NCBI GenBank assembly: GCA_038087875.1
Contig: CM075993.1
Location: forward strand, 4,342,001 to 4,406,000
Direction: 5' to 3'
Length of the DNA stretch: 64,000 bases
Source of the DNA: Malacoraja senta
Taxonomy: Eukaryota
Each line of letters opens with the position of its first letter. The stretch's first letter is position 1. The position numbers and the translations under genes were made by a program. Below, in pieces: positions 24,977-38,663 of the stretch. A model generated the notes under the pieces. It was not told where the DNA came from, made no database searches, and was given only the letters and a program-made list of their open reading frames with translations.

Positions 24977-25300
24977 TGATTGTAAATGGAGATTAGTGTG
25001 GGGGAAATATTGTCAACATAGTAGATCTTGTTGGGAGGAGTTTAATGTGGGTATTAGTATGGGTGGGGTATGTCTGGGATACTGTTATGGCTGGGTTTGT
25101 GGGGAGATTGCTATGGATGCAGTTTGTTTGAGAGGTTACTGTATATAAGGTTAATGGGGAAGGATTAGTTTAGTTTTTCGTTTAGTTTCGAGATACAGCA
25201 CGGAAACAAGACCTTCGTCCCTCCGAGTCCACGCCGACCAGCACACTAGCACTACCCTATACACACTAGGGACAATTTACAATTATACCGAGCCAATTCA

Positions 25301-25528
25301 AGGGCCTGTCCCACTTTCACGACCTAATTCACAACCTCTGCCGAGTTTGCCCCTGACTCATACTCGCAGCATGGTCGTCACGAGGTTGTAGGAGGTCGTA
25401 GGTAGGTCGTGATGCTAGTTGTAGGTACTCGTGGCATCAAGTAGGTCGGGGCGGTTTTTTCAACACGATGAAAAATGTCCACGAATAAAATAAGTCGTGA
25501 ATTAGGTTGTGAAGGTGGGACAGGCCCT
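25301..25528. mobile_element. PIF/Harbinger-like MITE (same subfamily as 21224, opposite orientation)
   Basis: Same TIRs and internal sequence in reverse complement; flanks tca/taa. Confidence 0.8.
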
Positions 25529-25874
25529 TAAGGCAGCAACTCTACCGCTGCACCATCTTGTCAAGTAGCGGTTTTATTTTTTCCTACTTCATATATAAGC
25601 ATTTAAAAAAGTGCACAGGCAATACAATATTTATTGTTTAAATTATGCAGCGTTGCAGCTGTGACTTCAGTAACTAATTTTAGATTCGTTCCCAGACATA
25701 TCCTTCAAAAGAATTATCACCTCAATAAAACTCAATCACCACACAGCATTTTCTTGCAATAACTCCTGTTCAATAACCTGGATTTCTCCTCTCACTTCCT
25801 CACGATCTTTATCTGTGCCTACAGATATTATGGAAAGGCATTTGTTATTCATCCTTGCTACAGGGACAGGAGAA

Positions 25875-26440
25875 TTTGTGTGTGTTTGCACGCGCGTGTG
25901 CGCCTACAAGATATTTGCATATATGCCTAGCTTTCTATGAGTCTTTGTGTGTATATGTGTGTGTGTGCGTGTGTGCGTGCGTGTGAGACGTGTGTGCATA
26001 TGTATGTGTGTGTGCACGCGTGTGTGTGTATATGCATGTGTGCCTACAGATATTTGCATATATGCCTAGCTTTCTATGAGTCTTTGTGTGTATATGTGTG
26101 TGTGTGTGTGTGCGTGCGTGTGAGAAGTGTGTGCATATGAGTGTGCATATGTATGTGTGTGTGCACGCGTGTGTGTGTGTATATGCACGTGTGCCTACAG
26201 ATATTTGCATATATGCCTAGCTTTCTATGAGTCTTTGTGTGTATATGTGTGTGTGCTTGCGGGCATGTGGGCTTGTTTGTTCGCATGAGTGTGCACACGC
26301 GTGTGTATGCATACTTGTGCGTGTGCACATGTGAATTTGTGTGAGTGTGCACTCACTTGCATGTGTGCATGTGTGAATGTTTGTGTGAGTGTGTGCTCAC
26401 GTGCGTGAGTGCATGCGTGTGTGTGTGTAAGTGCTTGCGT
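25875..26440. repeat. (GT/GC)n-rich region containing three copies of a 140-150 bp tandem unit
   Basis: gcctacagatatttgcatatatgcctagctttctatgagtctttgtgtgtatatg recurs near 25902, 26042 and 26193. Confidence 0.9.
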
Positions 26441-27267
26441 CTAGTAAAACCTGATCTCAAATCATCCTCTACCCCCTTTACAATGGACAAAGACTTTTGT
26501 TCCGTGCACTAGCCAGTTTACAGTGGCCAACCCACATTAAAACATTAACGTATAGGCAATGCCAACCCTTCCAAATGAAATTCAGTGCTGGAACATCAGA
26601 GCCTAATGGACAGCTCCCAGGAGCAAAAGATCCAAATGTCCATCTACCCTTACAACTTGGGAGCTGTTGCCAGGAATAAGAAGATAGACACAAAATAGCC
26701 GGAGACCCGGGTTCCATCCCCAGTACGGGTGCTGCCTGTACGGAGTTTGTACGTTCTCCCCGTGATCTGCGTGGGTTTTCTCCGAGATCTTTGGTTTCCT
26801 CCCACACTCCAGAGACGTACAGGTTTGTAGGTTAATTGGCTTGGTGTAAGTGTAAGTGTAAATATTGTCCCTAGTGGATGTAGGATAGTGTTAATGTGCG
26901 GGGATCGCTGGTTGGCGCGGACCCGGTGGGCCGAAGGGCCTGTTTCCGCGCTGTATCTCTAAACTAAACTAAACTAAACAAAGAATAAATAAAAAGATAG
27001 GTCTATCTATGTTTATAGAAGACAAGGCTCTGGTGAGAGCAAACCAAAGCCAAGCCAATGGGACCCAGCAATCTGGCAGGATTGCTTTGGGTCAGGTGTA
27101 TATTCTGAACATTTCAGTTTGGGATGGGCTGCACAACGCAATAATTTCTAAACTATTTTAGTAATTTCAAATATTTTCACGGGCTTCTCTGTAAACTCCT
27201 CTAAAAATCGCTTCTGACTTTGTGAGTGTTTCCCCATATCTGTAATAGTATGTTTTATGTTTTTACA

Positions 27268-27570
27268 GTTTAGTTTAGTTTAGAAATGCAGCGCGGAAAC
27301 AGGCCCTTCGTCCCACCGAGTCCGCGATGACCAGTGATCCCCGTACACTAGCACTATCATCAGCGACAATTTACAATTTTACCGAAGCCAAGTAACTTAC
27401 AAACCTGCACGTCTTTGGAGTGTGGGAGGAAACTGGAGCACCCGGAGAAAACCCACGCGGTCACGGGGAGAACCTACAAACTCCGCACAGACACCCGCAG
27501 TAGTCGGGATGGAACCCGGGTCTCTGGCGCTGTAAGGCAGCAACTCTACCGCTGTTCCACTGTGCTGCCC
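27268..27570 (-). mobile_element. HE1-like SINE
   Basis: Full-length reverse-complement copy; an oppositely oriented copy lies at 26698-26978. Confidence 0.8.
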
Positions 27571-28204
27571 TTGGGCAAAAAGCCTTGGGACCTGGTTGGA
27601 GTATAGGTTGACCATAGTTGGTCGAGGCTTTAATTTTATATTCAGGCAGATCATACCGAACACCTTTCTTGGAAAGGAGATACAAAGTGACCTGACCAAT
27701 GGATTTTATGCTAAATCGCCCATACAATTTTAAAGCGTTTTCTTGAAGATAGAAATAGTAAGTTCAATAGGTTCAAGTTGAGTTTATTGTCATATGCATG
27801 AGCATGGTGAGGAACAGGAACAATGAACAATCTTGCTTGCAGCAACAACACAGAAACGCGGACTCGGACAAAGCACAAAAACTAATTAGACATAGATTGC
27901 ACATAAAATTTGACAAGATCGAAAAGCATGCGAAAGCATGACATTGGTGCAAAAATATAATGAGAGACGGAACCAAGACGAAAGCAGTGCATGAAATCGG
28001 CCATTGTGTTCCATTGTCGTGGGAGGATTAAGATTGTGGAGGTTAATGTAAGAATTTGAGTGCTGTGGCTGTAGGAATTGTTGCTCTCCCTGTGGGAAGA
28101 GTGGAATTGGAAGGAACGATCTTCCTTGTTGGTGCTTGAAAATTGACACGGGGGTTATAATTCACACGGGGGTTATAATTCAAGGCAAGTGTCAAGTTTG
28201 AAAG

Positions 28205-28730
28205 GGTTCAGACAAGATAGTGTCAAGCTTGAAAGGGTTCAGAGAAGATTTACGAGGATGTTGCCAGGACTAGAGGGTCTGAGCTACAGTATAGGGAGAG
28301 ATTGAGCAGGCTGGGTCTCTATTCCTTGGAGCGCAGGAGGATGAGGGGATGATCTTATAGAGGTGTATAAAATCTTGAGAGGAATAGATCGGGTAGATGC
28401 ACAGAGTCTCTTACCCCAGAGTAGGGGAATCGAGGACCAGAGGACGTAGGTTCAAGGTGAAGGGGAAAAGATTTAATAGGAATCTGAGGGGTGACTTTTT
28501 CACACAAGGGGTGGTGGGTGTATAGAACAAGCTGCCAGAGGAGGTAGTTGAGGCAGGGACTATCCCAACGTTTAAGAAACAGTTAGACAGGTAGATGGAT
28601 AGGACAGGTTTGGATGGATATGGACCAAACACGCAAAGGTGGGACTAGTGTAGCTGTTGGCCGGTTTGGGCAAGTTGGGCCGAAAGGCCTGCTTCCACAC
28701 TGTATCACTCTTTGACTCTATGACTCTATG
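28205..28730 (+). mobile_element. HER1-like (CR1-clade) LINE 3' fragment; related copies at about 4340-4770(-), 39877-40350(-), 57205-57560(+) and 59130-59400(+)
   Basis: Frameshifted QRRFTRMLPGL...RRRMRGDLIEVYKI...FTQ.VVGVWN.LP motifs and a (gactctat)n tail shared with the SINE 3' end. Confidence 0.85.
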
Positions 28731-30260
28731 TTTAATGTAAAAATAATACAAATTGTTCGAGGAACTCAGCGGGTCAGGCAGCATCAGTGGAAGGGCAGCA
28801 TGGCAGAGCAAAAGGGTCTCGAAACGTCACCTATTCCTTTTCTCCAGAGTTGCTGCCTGGCCCGCTGAGTTACTCCAGCTTTTTGTGTCTTGCTGGTACA
28901 ACTGCTGCCTCGCAGCGCCAGAGACCGGGGTTCCATTCTGACCTTGGGTGCTCTCTGTGTGGAGTTTGCATGTTCTGGCTGTGACCATCTGGGTTTCTTC
29001 CCGATGCTCCGGTTTCCGCCCACATCCCAAAGACGTGCGGGTTTGTAGGTCGATTGTCCTCTGCAAATTGCCCCTAGTGTGTACATAGAACATAGAACTA
29101 ACAGTACAGCACAGGAACAGGCTCTTTCAGCCCACAATATCTACGCTGAACCTGATGCCAATTTAAATTAATCTTCTCTGCCTGCACGTGATTCATAACC
29201 CTCCTTTCTCTGTACATCCATGTGCCTATATAAAAGCTTCTAAAATGACACTGCCCAATCTGCCTCCACCACCACCTCTGGTATCTGCAACTCTCGAGAA
29301 GATTGTTAAGGGCTTGGACACACTAGAGGCAGGAAACATGTTCCCGAGGTTGGGGGAGTCCAGAACCAGGGGCCACAGTTTAAGAATAAGGGGTAAGCCA
29401 TTTAGAACGGAGACGAGGAAACACTTTTTCTCACAGAGAGTGGTGAGTCTGCGGAATTCTCCGCCTCAGAGGGCGGTGGAGGCAGGTTCTCTGGATACTT
29501 CCAAGAGAGAGCTAGATAGGGCTCTTAAAGATAGCGGAGTCAGGGGAGAAGGCAGGAACGGGGTACTGATTGGGGATGATCAGCCATGATCACATTGAAT
29601 GGCGGTGCTGGCTCGAAGGGCCGAATGGCCTACTCCTGCACCTATTGTCTATTGTCTATTGAGAACCTAGAACAGGAGTGGATGAGAAAGTGGGATAACA
29701 TAGAACCAGTCTGAACGGGTGATCGATGGCCAGCAAGGACTCGATGGGCCGAAGGGCCTGTCTCCATGCTATATCTCTGAGTAAACATCACAGTCCGACG
29801 GTATCGATATGGGTTTCTCATTATCGTGTCAACATCCAACCACCAGAGGGAGCTGATACCACTAGAATTACAACATTAGTTAAAGAAACTCATTTCTCTC
29901 ACCAATAATTAATTACTCTTGGGTTACGAGTGCCTGATTTATGTACGAGCAAGCATTTGGGATACCGGTGGGATGGATTTGCCCGTAGGCATCTACTGCC
30001 GTGTGGGAACTCAGTTTGTGTCAATATCTAGAAGCCAGGGACTGCAGATGCTGGTTTGCAAAGATAGACACAATGCGCTGGAGAAAACTCAGGCAGCATC
30101 TCTAGAGAGCACGGATAGTGAATTTGCAGGACAGGACACTCCTAAGGATCCCGACCCAAACCGTCACCTATCCATGTTCTCCAGGGATGCTGCCTGACCT
30201 GCTGAGTTACTCCAGCATTTTGTGTCGATCTTCATACCCAACCAAACCTGCTATAGACAC

Positions 30261-30575
30261 GGGCGGCACAGTGGCGCAGCGGTAGAGTTGCTGCCTCAAA
30301 GCGCTTGCAGCGCTAGAGACCCGGGTTCGATCCCGACTACGGGTGCTGTCTGTACGGAGTTTGCACGTTCTCCCCCGTGACTTGCGTGGGTTTTCTCCGA
30401 GATCTTCGGTTTCCTCCCACACTCCAATTTTGTAGGTTAAGTGGCTTGGTATCGGTGTAACTTGTCCCCAGTTTGTGTAAGGTCGTGTTAATGTGCTGGG
30501 ATCGCTGGTCGGTGCAGACTCAGTGGGCCGAAGGGCCTGTTTCCGCGCTGTATCTCTAAACTAAACTACACTAAA
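30261..30575 (+). mobile_element. Near full-length HE1-like tRNA-derived V-SINE (representative of about 25 copies or fragments in the window)
   Basis: A box tggcgcagcgg, B box ggttcgatccc, V-domain core (ggagtttgcacgttctccccgtg...ggtttcctcccaca), 3' tail gggccgaagggcctgtttcc shared with HER1-like LINE ends, and a (taaac)n terminus. Confidence 0.85.
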
Positions 30576-31762
30576 CCATAGTGTACAGCACAGGAGCAGG
30601 CCCTTCAGCCAATCGAGTTTGTGCCGGCCATGATGCCAATCCAAATCTAATCCCATCTTTAGTCAGAGGGTGGTGAATCTGTGGGATTCATTGCCGCATA
30701 CGGCTGTGGAGACCAAGTCATTGTGTATTTTTAAAGCGGAGATTGCTAGGTTCTTGATTAGTAAGGCCGTCAAAGGTTACGGGGAGAGGGCAGGAGAATG
30801 GGATTGAGAGGGAAAAATAGATCAGCCATGACCAAAATGGTGGAGCAGACAGGATGGGCTGAATGGCCAATTTTGCCCCTCTGTCTTATGATCTATTGAC
30901 CTCTCTCTTAAACAGTCCATATTTTTGCCCTACATCATCAATCTTTCTGGAAGAGGCTCTACCACACTTAAATGGGAACCTGAGGGGCAACTTATCCATG
31001 CAGAGGGTGTTAGGTGTATGGAGCAGGCTGCCAGAGGAGGTAATTGAGGCAAGTGCAATAACAACATTTTAAAAGACATTTGGACAGCTACATGGATAGA
31101 AAAGATTTGGATGGGTATGGACCAAACACAGGCACATGGGACTAGCTTAGATGGGACAAAGTTTAACAATAAGGTGCAGGACATATGAAATGAGCTGCTG
31201 GAGGAGGTAGTTGAAGCAGCTACAATAACAACATTTAAAAGACATTCGGACAGGTACATGGATAGGAAAGGTTTAGAGGGATGTGGGCCAAATGTGGGCA
31301 AGGGAAACTATCTCAGATGGGGCATCTTGGTCGGAATAGACGAGTTGGGATGAAGGGCCTTTTTCCTTGATATACGAGTCCACGACCCTAAACCCGACTC
31401 TAAAGCTTCTTCCCCACAGCCATCAGGCTATTAAACACAACGAATAAGCTATGAGTTCTGAACTGCAAAAGACTATATTATTATTTGTTATTTCCACTAT
31501 ATTTGTTATTTATTGAACGTTTTCTTGTTTTTTCCCCGTTTTATACAATGTTTACATATTCACATCTTCTGTTGTGCTGCAGCAAGTAAGAATTTCATTG
31601 CCCCGTCCGGGACATATGACAATAAAACACTCTTAATTCTTGACCTGATACCTACAACTAGCCTGGCTCCAATTTTAAGATGATATCCAACTGTTCATTG
31701 ATTTCTCCATTAGAGGAAATAGTTTCTCCAATAGATTCAAACTAGCCATGGCCAACATTCTT

Positions 31763-32013
31763 CTAACTTCGTAACCCTTACATTCCCTCTCTCTCCATCC
31801 CTCCCCCACCCACGTCACACCACCTTCTCGTTCTCACCCAGCAAACAGCTAACAATGGCCTGTTTCCTTTATCATCGTTACTTTTTTGCATATCTTTCAT
31901 TCTTTCCCCTGACCATCAGTCTGAAGAATGGTCTCGACCCAAAACGTCACCCATTCCTTCTATATTGTAGATGCTGCCTATCCCGCTGAGTTACTCCAGC
32001 ATTTTGTGTCTAT
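31763..32013 (+). mobile_element. Penelope-like 3' UTR and terminal repeat fragment
   Basis: Colinear with 34870-35112, with a degenerate hammerhead core at 31921. Confidence 0.75.
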
Positions 32014-34571
32014 TTCCCGGCATACTTTGGTCCATTTTGTAATCCTGAACTCCATTTATCACAGCAAGAATCTTTCTCGTTCCTCTTCGAAACTTTCTTG
32101 ATTCATTCCCCTCCCACGAGCATTAATTAAGCACGGAGCTCCCTGCAAGACTTCCTGTCGAATTGTTTAACCTGTTTGCCACAACCTAAACTCTTCATCC
32201 ACAATTCCCCGCTGTAATTCTCCCTATGCAAATAAGTCCCTTAATTGAATAGACTATTTGCATAAATGGCTAATTTGCATACAAATGCGTTTGGTCATGG
32301 TCTGACTTGGATTTTTTTTGTGTGACTCTTGTGCTCATCAAATGACAGATGACAACACTGGGACATGCAACACTCTCTATTTTGGGCAGCCACCATCCAT
32401 ATTAAGCACTCCAAGGTCAGCAGGAACATTAACGTTGCCTCCACTCTCTCTCATCGCTTTGACCCAGGTCCATTAGAAAGGGTTTGATAGATATTTCTAC
32501 AGCACCTGTAACGACCTCAAGACTTTCCAAAGAGCTTTACTGCCAAGGAAGTCTAGACACAGTTATATTGTCGGAAATGCAACAGCACGGACATATAAAT
32601 AGCAATGAGATAATGATCAAATCATCACTTGGTCTTTTTAAGTATTTATTGCTCTCAGGTAGTGTCCATATTGTAATTTATGTATTTTTTGTCTGCTTTC
32701 GTTCTGAATGCGTGGGTTTGGTTAGGGGGCTTCTGGAATCTGAATTTCCCTGAGGGATCAATAATGTATTTATTATTATTATTATTTATTATTATTACCT
32801 CCTGAGAAATATTGGCCTGAACACTAATGGGAGCTCCCCTGTTATAGTTCAGGTAGGATTACGGGATCCGGAGAGGGTGCTGGTTTAACAACCTCTTAAG
32901 TTATAGGGAAGATAGACACAAAAAGCTGGAGTAACGCAGCGGGACAGGCAGCTTCTCTAGTCTGAAGAAGGGTTTCGACCCGAAATGTCACCCATTCCTT
33001 CTCTCCAGAGATGCTGCCTGTCCCGCCGAGTCTTCGGTTTAAACCAGCATCTGCAGTTCCATCCTACGCATAAATGATAGGATCAGAACTAGGCCATTCG
33101 GCCCATCAAGTCTACTCCACCATTCAATGATGGCTGATCTATCCTTCCCTCCTAACCCCATTCTCCTGCTTTCTCCCCTTAACCCCTGACACCCTAACTA
33201 AGCAAGAATCTATCTTTCTCTGCTGAAGTCTAGCATGCCGAGTCTTGTGAGGGAACAAAAAAATGACAAAATGATATATTGGAACTGAAACATTCATTGC
33301 TTTAGAACTTTGTTCCTGTTATATTCTTCAGGAATAGCCACTTAGGTAAGTGATGAAGAGTCCTGATGGCTGAGATGATCGGTAAACTAGACAAAGCATT
33401 GATCCATACAGAGCAGGAGGCTTTCACTTGCTGTTCACTCGCCTTAAAAATATACAATGACTTGGCCTCCACAGCCATTTGTGGCAATGAATTCCTCAGG
33501 TTCACCACCCTCTGGCTAAAGAAATTCCTCCTCGTCTCTGGGTTAGGCAGCATGTCTGGAGAACATGGATAGGTGATGTTTCGGGTCAGGACCTACCACC
33601 AATCAAAGTTTTGGCCTATTGGTGTTACTTCAGCATTGAATGTCTTTCAAAGTTTAAAGGACATGTGCGGGGTAGGTTTTTTACAGAGGGTGTTGGGTGC
33701 CTGGAATATAGTTCCAAGGGTGGTGGTGGAGGGAGATACAATAGTGGTGTTTAAAAGGCTTTCAGATAGGCACATTGATGTCAGGATATGGACATCATGA
33801 ATACTGTGTTGATATGGATCACATGCAGGCAGATGAGATTAGCTTAACTTGGCATCGTATTTGGCACGGACATTGTGGGCCGAAGGGCCTCTTCCTGTGC
33901 TGTACTGTTCTATGTCGTATACTTTGAGATTTAGACTTTAGACTTTAGAGATACAGCTCGGCACACTATCCTACACACGAGGGACAATTTTACAACTTAC
34001 CAAAGCCAATGATCCTGTACGTCTTTGGAGTGCGTGAGGAAAGTTGAGCACCTGGAAAAAAACCCACGCGGTCACGGGGGGAGCGTACAAACTCCATACA
34101 GACAGCACCGGTGGTCAGGATCAAACCCGGGTCTCTGGTGCTGTGAGGCAGTAACTCTACTGCTGCGCCACTGTGCCGCACTGGACACATATATATATAT
34201 ATCAATATATATATATATATATATATATATCAATGCAAGTTGAATTCAGTGCACGAGTTTTAATTGACACGGTATTCATTTTTGGACTTTCTGAGAGATT
34301 GTGGTGAGTATGTGCAGCATCTGGTGATTTCTTTTATAAGGTTGGGTTGCAACACCTCAGAAGTTGGGTGTGAAAGTTTTCCGCTACATGGAGCCATCTG
34401 CAGTGATGAGACTTCTGTTGAACAGAAAGGTGGCTAATAGGAGTAGTCACTGACGACACTAATTAATAGGTGTTTCGTAAAGTGGGGAAATGCAATGCTC
34501 TGAAAAACAGAGCCTTGACACATTGAACAACCAGGCAGTAGCTACGCAGATAGTGGGGAAAGTTGATAACT

Positions 34572-35112
34572 CGCACCTCCTCCAACCTCGTCTACTGTAT
34601 CCGCTGTTCAAGATGTGGACTCTTATACATCGGCGAGACCAAACGTAGACTAGGCGATCGTTTCGCTGAACACCTTCGCTCAGTCTCCCTGGACCCACCT
34701 GACCTCCCGGCCGCTAAACACTTTCATTCCCATTCCCATTCCCACACTGACCTTTCTGTCAAGGCCTCCTCCATTGTCAGAGTGAGGCTAAACGCAAACT
34801 GGAGGAACAGCATTTCATATTTCACTTGGGCAGCTTACAACCCAGTGGTATGAATTTTGATTTCTCTCACTTCAAGTAACCCCTGCATTCCCTCTCTCTC
34901 CATCCCTCCCCCACCCAGGTCGCACCAGCTTCTCATTCTCAGCTAACAAAGGCCTGTTTCCTTTATCACAGATACTTTTTTGCATTTGTCCTATATCTCT
35001 CTACATCACCATCTCGTTTTCTTTCCCCTCGATTCCCAGTCTGAAGAAGGGGTCTCAGCCCGAAACGTCACCCATTCCTTCTCTCCACAGATGCTGCCTG
35101 TCCCGCTGAGTT
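34572..35112 (+). mobile_element. Penelope-like retroelement 3' fragment: GIY-YIG endonuclease remnant, 3' UTR and terminal repeat
   Basis: Translation TSSNLVYCIRCSRCGLLYIGETKRRLGDRFAEHLRSV has the VY..CxxC..YIGET..R...RF.EH signature of PLE GIY-YIG domains, frameshifted downstream. It runs directly into the hammerhead-bearing repeat at 35041. Confidence 0.9.
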
Positions 35113-35435
35113 ACATAGAAACATAGAAACATAGAAATTAGGTGCAGGAGTAGGCCATTCGGCCCTTCGAGCCTGCACCGCCATTCAATATGATCATGGC
35201 TGATCAACCAACTCAGTATCCCGTACCTGCCTTCTCTCCATACCCTCTGATCCCTTTAGCCACAAGGGCCACATCTAACTCCCTCTTAAATATAGCCAAT
35301 GAACTGGCCTCGACTACCCTCTGTGGCAGAGAGTTCCAGAGATTCACCACTCTCTGTGTGAAAAAAGTTCTTCTCATCTCGGTTTTAAAGGATTTCCCCC
35401 TTATCCTTAAGCTGTGACCCCTTGTCCTGGACTTC
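35113..35435 (-). mobile_element. CR1 LINE 3' fragment inserted into the Penelope terminal repeat
   Basis: The Penelope repeat is interrupted at gctgagttac and resumes at about 35436-35485. Confidence 0.9.
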
Positions 35436-36018
35436 AGCATTTAGTGTCTATCAGCAATTACTCCAGCATTTAGTGTCTATCTTCACAATACATTTTGGAT
35501 CATGTATTGTGTGTAGAATTTCTCGGAGGCAGCAAAGTATAACAACTATACGTAAATAGAAGATGGAAAAAAAAGCCTGGCTTTGAATTCTTTTGCACTT
35601 GGAAATAAATGTAAGGGTTTATCAATTGAAAATGATGGATGGGGGAGATGCAGAGAAGTTATTTCCCGTCACCGGGGAATTAAGGATAAGGGATGATCGT
35701 CTTAACATCTGACAGAGCCATATTACCTGTAGGAAGGAAATTCGGAAGCATTTTTTTCAATTGAAAGGGAAAGGAAACCTAGCACACTGGCCCAGAGACC
35801 CTGGTTCCTGTATTGATTGAGATTGCTGGGACGGAGGTTGGCGTGATTTTTCAGTTGGGGAGCCAGGAAAAGGGCGGGAGAATGGTTTGAGCTGCTGATC
35901 TAAGAATCGGACTCGAGAGGCTGAAAGCGCACTCCTTGTTACGAGGAGTTACTGAAGATAGACACAAAATGCTGGAGTAACTCAGCGGGACAGGCAGCAT
36001 CTCTGGGTAGAAGGAATG

Positions 36019-36052
36019 GGTGACGTTTCGGGTCGAGACCCTTCTTCAGACT
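36019..36052 (-). ncRNA. Minimal hammerhead ribozyme motif
   Basis: Intact core at 36022-36049 within a Penelope terminal-repeat fragment (about 35950-36200). Confidence 0.65.
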
Positions 36053-36326
36053 GAGAGTCAAGGGAAAGGGAGATACAGAGATAAGGAAGGGTAATGCGTG
36101 AAAACGAAACATCAAAGGGGATGGAGGTCAGGGAAAATGTGGAATAGATCATCGTTAGCTAGGGGAAGGTGATGACGAAGCGTATAGTGATCAAATTTAA
36201 TTGGGGGGGCAGTCAGACTCTCTGACTCCATGGGTTTCCTTTGGGTGCTCTGGTTTCTTCCCACGTGCCAAAGACTTGCAGATAAGTAGGTTAATTGATC
36301 ACTGTATATGGACCCTAGTGTGTAGG

Positions 36327-36705
36327 TCAAGTCAAGTCACTTTTATTTATATAGCACATTTAAAAAACAACTCTCATTGGCCAAAGTGCTTTACATTGGT
36401 GGAAGTACCAACGTTATACAACAGTGGTTCATAGATTAAATACAAACATCACTACATACATACAGCCCTCGCTCAGAGGACGTCAAGAAAGGCTTGGGAG
36501 TAGAGATGAGTTTTAAGTCTCGACTTAAAGGAGTTGATGGAGGGGGCAGTTCTGATGGGAAGGGGGATGATGTTCCACAGTCTAGGAGCTGCAACCGCAA
36601 AGGCGCGGTCGCCCCTGAGCTTATGCCTAGACCGCGGGATGTTCAGTAATCCCCAAGTCGGCCGATCTGAGGGACCTGGAGGTGGTGTGGTGGGTGAGCA
36701 GACTT
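36327..36705 (-). mobile_element. L2 LINE 3' fragment
   Basis: LLNIPRSRHKLRGDRAFAVAAPRLWNIIP..IR.APS..SFKSRLKTHLYSQAF, followed by the L2-type tail gtaaagcactttg...gtgctatataaataaa and (gactt)n. Confidence 0.85.
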
Positions 36706-38663
36706 TTGATGGAGGTAAGGGCAAACCCGTTGAGGGCTTTGTAGACAAGGTGGGAGGAAGGGTATTTGGGGTGGGGGATTTGATGCCGAGCGGTACAATA
36801 AAGTTCTCTATGATCTTCACAAAGCCACCAAGAATGCCCAGAGACAATACCGAGTCCCAGTATAATCATTCGGACACCCGCAGAATGGGGCAAGGAAAAT
36901 AGAAACATAGAAAATAGGTGCAGGAGTAGGCCATTCGGCCCTTCAAGCCAGCGTTGCCATTCAATATGATCATCCAAAAACAGTACCTCATCTACCTCAT
37001 TGGAGACCCATGGACTATCTTTAATCAGACGGTACTGGACTTCATCTTGCACTAGATGTTATTCCCTTTATCCTGTGGACGACTCGATTGTAATAGACAA
37101 GAAATGCTGGAGTAACAGCGGGGTAAGCAACATCTCTGGAGAGAAGGAATGGGTGACGTTCGGGTCGAGACCCTTCTTCAGACGATTGTAATCATGTGTT
37201 GTCTATCTGCTGATTGGATTGCACGCAAAAAAGCTTTTCACTGTACAATGTGAGAATAAATTAAACTAAACTAAACTTGATGGAAACAAAATAGGATTAG
37301 TGTCGGTGTGCCTAGTGGGGGGATTTGTTGGAGATGCAGCATGGAAACAGGCCCTTCGGCCCACTGAGTCCACGGTGACCAGCGATCACCTGGTTCTATG
37401 TTATCCCACTTTCCCATCCACTCCCTGTGCACTAGGGGCAATTTACAGAGTCCAATTAACCTACAAATCCGGGATGTGGGAGGAAACCAAATCCCAGTTG
37501 GAGGAAACCCATGCGATTATGGGAGGAGCTGCAAACTCCACAGAGACAGCACCCGAGGACAGGATGAAAGTTGGGTCTCTATCAGCTGCGCTACTATGCT
37601 GGCTCTTGGGACACTGGGCTTGGTGGCGTGCTGTACGACTCTCTGGTTCGATGAAGTAGGGTAAGACAGAGACGGCTAACTCGAACACCATGGGACGAAT
37701 GGTTTTGTTCTTGACCCCAACCACCTATGATCCTGCATCCTGACAGTTAGACTTGGGACTGCTCAAGAAGCTCTTTCTCGAGAGGAGTGATGATCTCAAG
37801 CTTGCTCTCCCATGAAAGCTTTCGAGATTGGAGACAGCAGCCAGAAGAAAGTGTCTTAAGTGAGATTGATAGGTTTTTCTGAGAGCAGGGTTTAAGAGCT
37901 ACAATAAGAAGCAAGCAGCTACTGTTACATATTCACTGTGACAGATAGGAAATGAATAGCTTGCTCCAGCTGTTAGGTTTCAGTTGATGGCTTACTGTAT
38001 TGCTGCAAAGTTGTTCTGCTTACTGCTCGGCTCAACACGGCTTGGGGCAATGTCAGAGGGGGGCAGTTGCCCACAGCTCCAGCCACCCCTGGTTCGATCC
38101 CCACCTCCGGCACTGTCCGTGTGCAGATTGCACCTTCTCCCTGTGACTGCTTTGACCCCCGCTTTCCTACCACGTGCCTACCATGAGCGGGTTGGCGGGC
38201 TAATCGGCCGATGTGAAGTGCCTGGAGTGTGCAGGAGCCCGGGGAGAGTTGATGGGAATGTGGAGAGAGTAAAATGGGAGTCTTGTGGGATTGGTGTAAG
38301 TGTGTGCTTAATGGTTGACGATGACTTGCTGCTGTTTCCCGTGCGGCCTGACACTATGATTCTGACACATTGGAAGCTCATTACTGAATGAAAAGTCAAG
38401 AGATATAAGAACGTTTAATTGTCATAAGTATCAGTTATGAAGCAATTAAAATCAGCATACGTTGCGGCAGTAAGCGCAGTCCACATCGATAATGTATAAT
38501 AACATTGTGGGGATAAATGACGTGATAATAGGCGTTGTGGAACGCAATTAGGGCACGATGTTCACGCAGAACCCTGGTGGCCATCCACTACATCCTGACC
38601 TATCGCCAGCCGTCTTGACTACGTCTTGCCACTGGATGCAGATAGGCCGGGAGGAGAGAGTGA

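Noticed and set aside
30261..30340. tRNA genes suggested by A/B boxes
   Set aside because: All are heads of SINEs continuing into the V-domain body, with no complete cloverleaf or terminator.
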